From assembly GCA_050730895.1 (NCBI GenBank), contig JBOHNV010000001.1:1-61670 (forward strand): a stretch of 61,670 nucleotides of DNA, written 5' to 3'. The stretch comes from Candidatus Microsaccharimonas sp. (GTDB lineage: Bacteria; Patescibacteriota; Saccharimonadia; Saccharimonadales; Saccharimonadaceae). The notes below the pieces were generated by a model that worked only from the letters and a program-made list of their open reading frames with translations, was not told the origin of the DNA and ran no database searches. Position 1 is the stretch's first letter; each line of letters opens with the position of its first letter. Shown piece after piece: positions 60,154 through 61,670 of this stretch. Made by a program: the position numbers and the translations under genes.

Positions 60154-61236
60154 ATGCAGCCACTCACGAAACGCCTGAACGAACTTCGTCCGCAAATTGA
60201 TGCGGCGCTTTTGCGTTTGCACATTGATGAAAAGCAGGCGCAGATTGACGACATGGAGGCGCAGCTTTCAACTTCGGAAATCTGGCACAACCCACAGTTC
60301 GCCCAAGACTTAAGTCGGCAACTCGCCGCGCTTAAAAAGATGGTTGATCCATGGCTCACACTGAAAGCTCAGACAGATGACATGCTCGAACTTATGGAAA
60401 TAGCCGATGACAGTATGCTTGCCGAATTCGACGGGCAGATTTCTGCTTTCGAAAAAGAGTACGAAACATTGCGAAAAGATTTATTGTTCGACGGTGAATT
60501 CGACGACCACAATGCGATTTTGCGCCTGAGCGCTGGCGCGGGTGGTACGGACGCCCAAGACTGGACAGAAATGATAGAGCGCATGTACCTTCGATGGGCC
60601 GAGCACGCCGACATGACGACATCGCTGATCGAACGGTCGACGGGTGAAGAGGCGGGAATCAAATCCGCCGTCTTTGAAGTAACTGGGCCATACGCCTACG
60701 GGCGCTTAAAGTCTGAGCACGGTGTGCACCGATTGGTGCGCCTGAGTCCTTTTAATAGCGACAACCTTCGCCAAACAAGCTTTGCGTTGGTAGAAGTGTT
60801 GCCGCAAATCGACGCCCCAGGAGAAGTGCAAGTAGATGATAAAGACTTAAAAATCGACGTCTATCGAGCTGGTGGCCACGGCGGGCAGTCGGTTAATACC
60901 ACCGACTCAGCAGTACGTATTACCCATATTCCAACCGGCATTGTGGTGGCGATTCAAAACGAACGCTCACAGCTGCAAAATAAAGAAACAGCTATGAAAC
61001 TACTTCGTTCAAAGCTTGCGCAGTTACAGCTAGAGCAACACGCCGCTTCGGTGACTGAGCTGCAAGCAGGCGAGTCAGCCAATTGGGGAAGCCAGATCCG
61101 TAACTACGTACTCCACCCATACACCTTAGTAAAAGACACTCGCACCAAGCATGAAACCAACAATGCGCAGAGCGTACTAGATGGTGACCTCGACGCCTTT
61201 ATGGAGGCGTATCTGGAAGCTCCGGAAGTTTCGTAG
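60154..61236 (+). CDS. prfB: Peptide chain release factor 2 (no programmed frameshift)
   Basis: HRLVRLSPF (SPF), GGQ, WGSQIRNYV; uninterrupted ORF. Confidence 0.97.
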   Translation: MQPLTKRLNELRPQIDAALLRLHIDEKQAQIDDMEAQLSTSEIWHNPQFAQDLSRQLAALKKMVDPWLTLKAQTDDMLELMEIADDSMLAEFDGQISAFEKEYETLRKDLLFDGEFDDHNAILRLSAGAGGTDAQDWTEMIERMYLRWAEHADMTTSLIERSTGEEAGIKSAVFEVTGPYAYGRLKSEHGVHRLVRLSPFNSDNLRQTSFALVEVLPQIDAPGEVQVDDKDLKIDVYRAGGHGGQSVNTTDSAVRITHIPTGIVVAIQNERSQLQNKETAMKLLRSKLAQLQLEQHAASVTELQAGESANWGSQIRNYVLHPYTLVKDTRTKHETNNAQSVLDGDLDAFMEAYLEAPEVS

Positions 61237-61426
61237 CCGAACAATTCGTATAACGAATAGATATTGTATTTTTACGCAAAATATGGTATAATGTAGCAGA
61301 ATTCACCTATGCGAATGAAATTTTCATGAGTGAGGCACCTTTACAGTAATGTCAGAAGATAGGGGATGTGTATCCCCGAGAATACTTTCACGTACTCGAT
61401 TCGACACTCTACCAAGGAGCTATAGT

Positions 61427-61670
61427 ATGCCGATTTCCGCTCTCGAAGCAACGAACAAGATGTCCACGCAGGCGAATCGTCTGTGGGCTGACGCTGCCCA
61501 GCTGGCGCAGGACATGGGACACCAGGTGCTCGACCCGAGCCATCTGGTGGTCGCCGCACTGCTCAGCCACAACGAGCAGCAGAACGTCTTCCCGTACTCG
61601 ACGGCGTCGTTTCCGCTGATCCATCCGGTTCGCAAGAGCCAGGACGGACAGTGGCGCGCCGTTGTAGGGG
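61427..61670 (+). CDS. Partial ORF with a Clp N-terminal-repeat-like start (runs off the window)
   Basis: AAGGAG SD, then MPISALEATNKMSTQANRLWADAAQLAQDMGHQVLDPSHLVVAALL; open to the window end and absent from the ORF track. Confidence 0.6.
   Translation, partial: MPISALEATNKMSTQANRLWADAAQLAQDMGHQVLDPSHLVVAALLSHNEQQNVFPYSTASFPLIHPVRKSQDGQWRAVVG

Noticed and set aside
61368..61635. Short ORFs in the track at the window end
   Set aside because: The frame starting at 61427 has an SD and a recognisable pattern; the others are overlapping alternatives

Overview
Housekeeping-rich chromosomal segment from a reduced-genome monoderm bacterium. It is most likely Saccharibacteria (TM7, Patescibacteria/CPR); this is inferred from gene content and from several GFTIVELLIV-type pilins, not from a database search. 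Genetic code 11 applies (TGA stops, intact prfB). Core genes include recJ, rpsU, adk, map, ftsA, ftsZ, nrdR, ileS (with a T-box leader), rplU, parAB, lepB, an LCP protein, prmC-prfA, L31-B, rpsB-tsf, frr-uppS-rseP-proS, greA, lysS, padR-pspC-ABC transporter, serS, hpf, secA, murD, murI and prfB. Interspersed are four solitary type IV pilin genes, surface proteins and ORFans. I found no rRNA, tRNA, CRISPR array, transposase or phage gene. The strongest candidate for something undescribed is a ~125-nt hairpin element present twice (after parB and after greA), with invariant loops and bulges and compensatory changes in every variable stem. Other notable signals: a ~180-215 nt rod-like inverted repeat before padR, a possible ultrashort-Stem-I ileS T-box, a shared LxG/ALG-xx-WYWW-TM C-terminal motif, a cysteine-free NrdR, an orphan class III cyclase-like gene, and many apparently leaderless genes.
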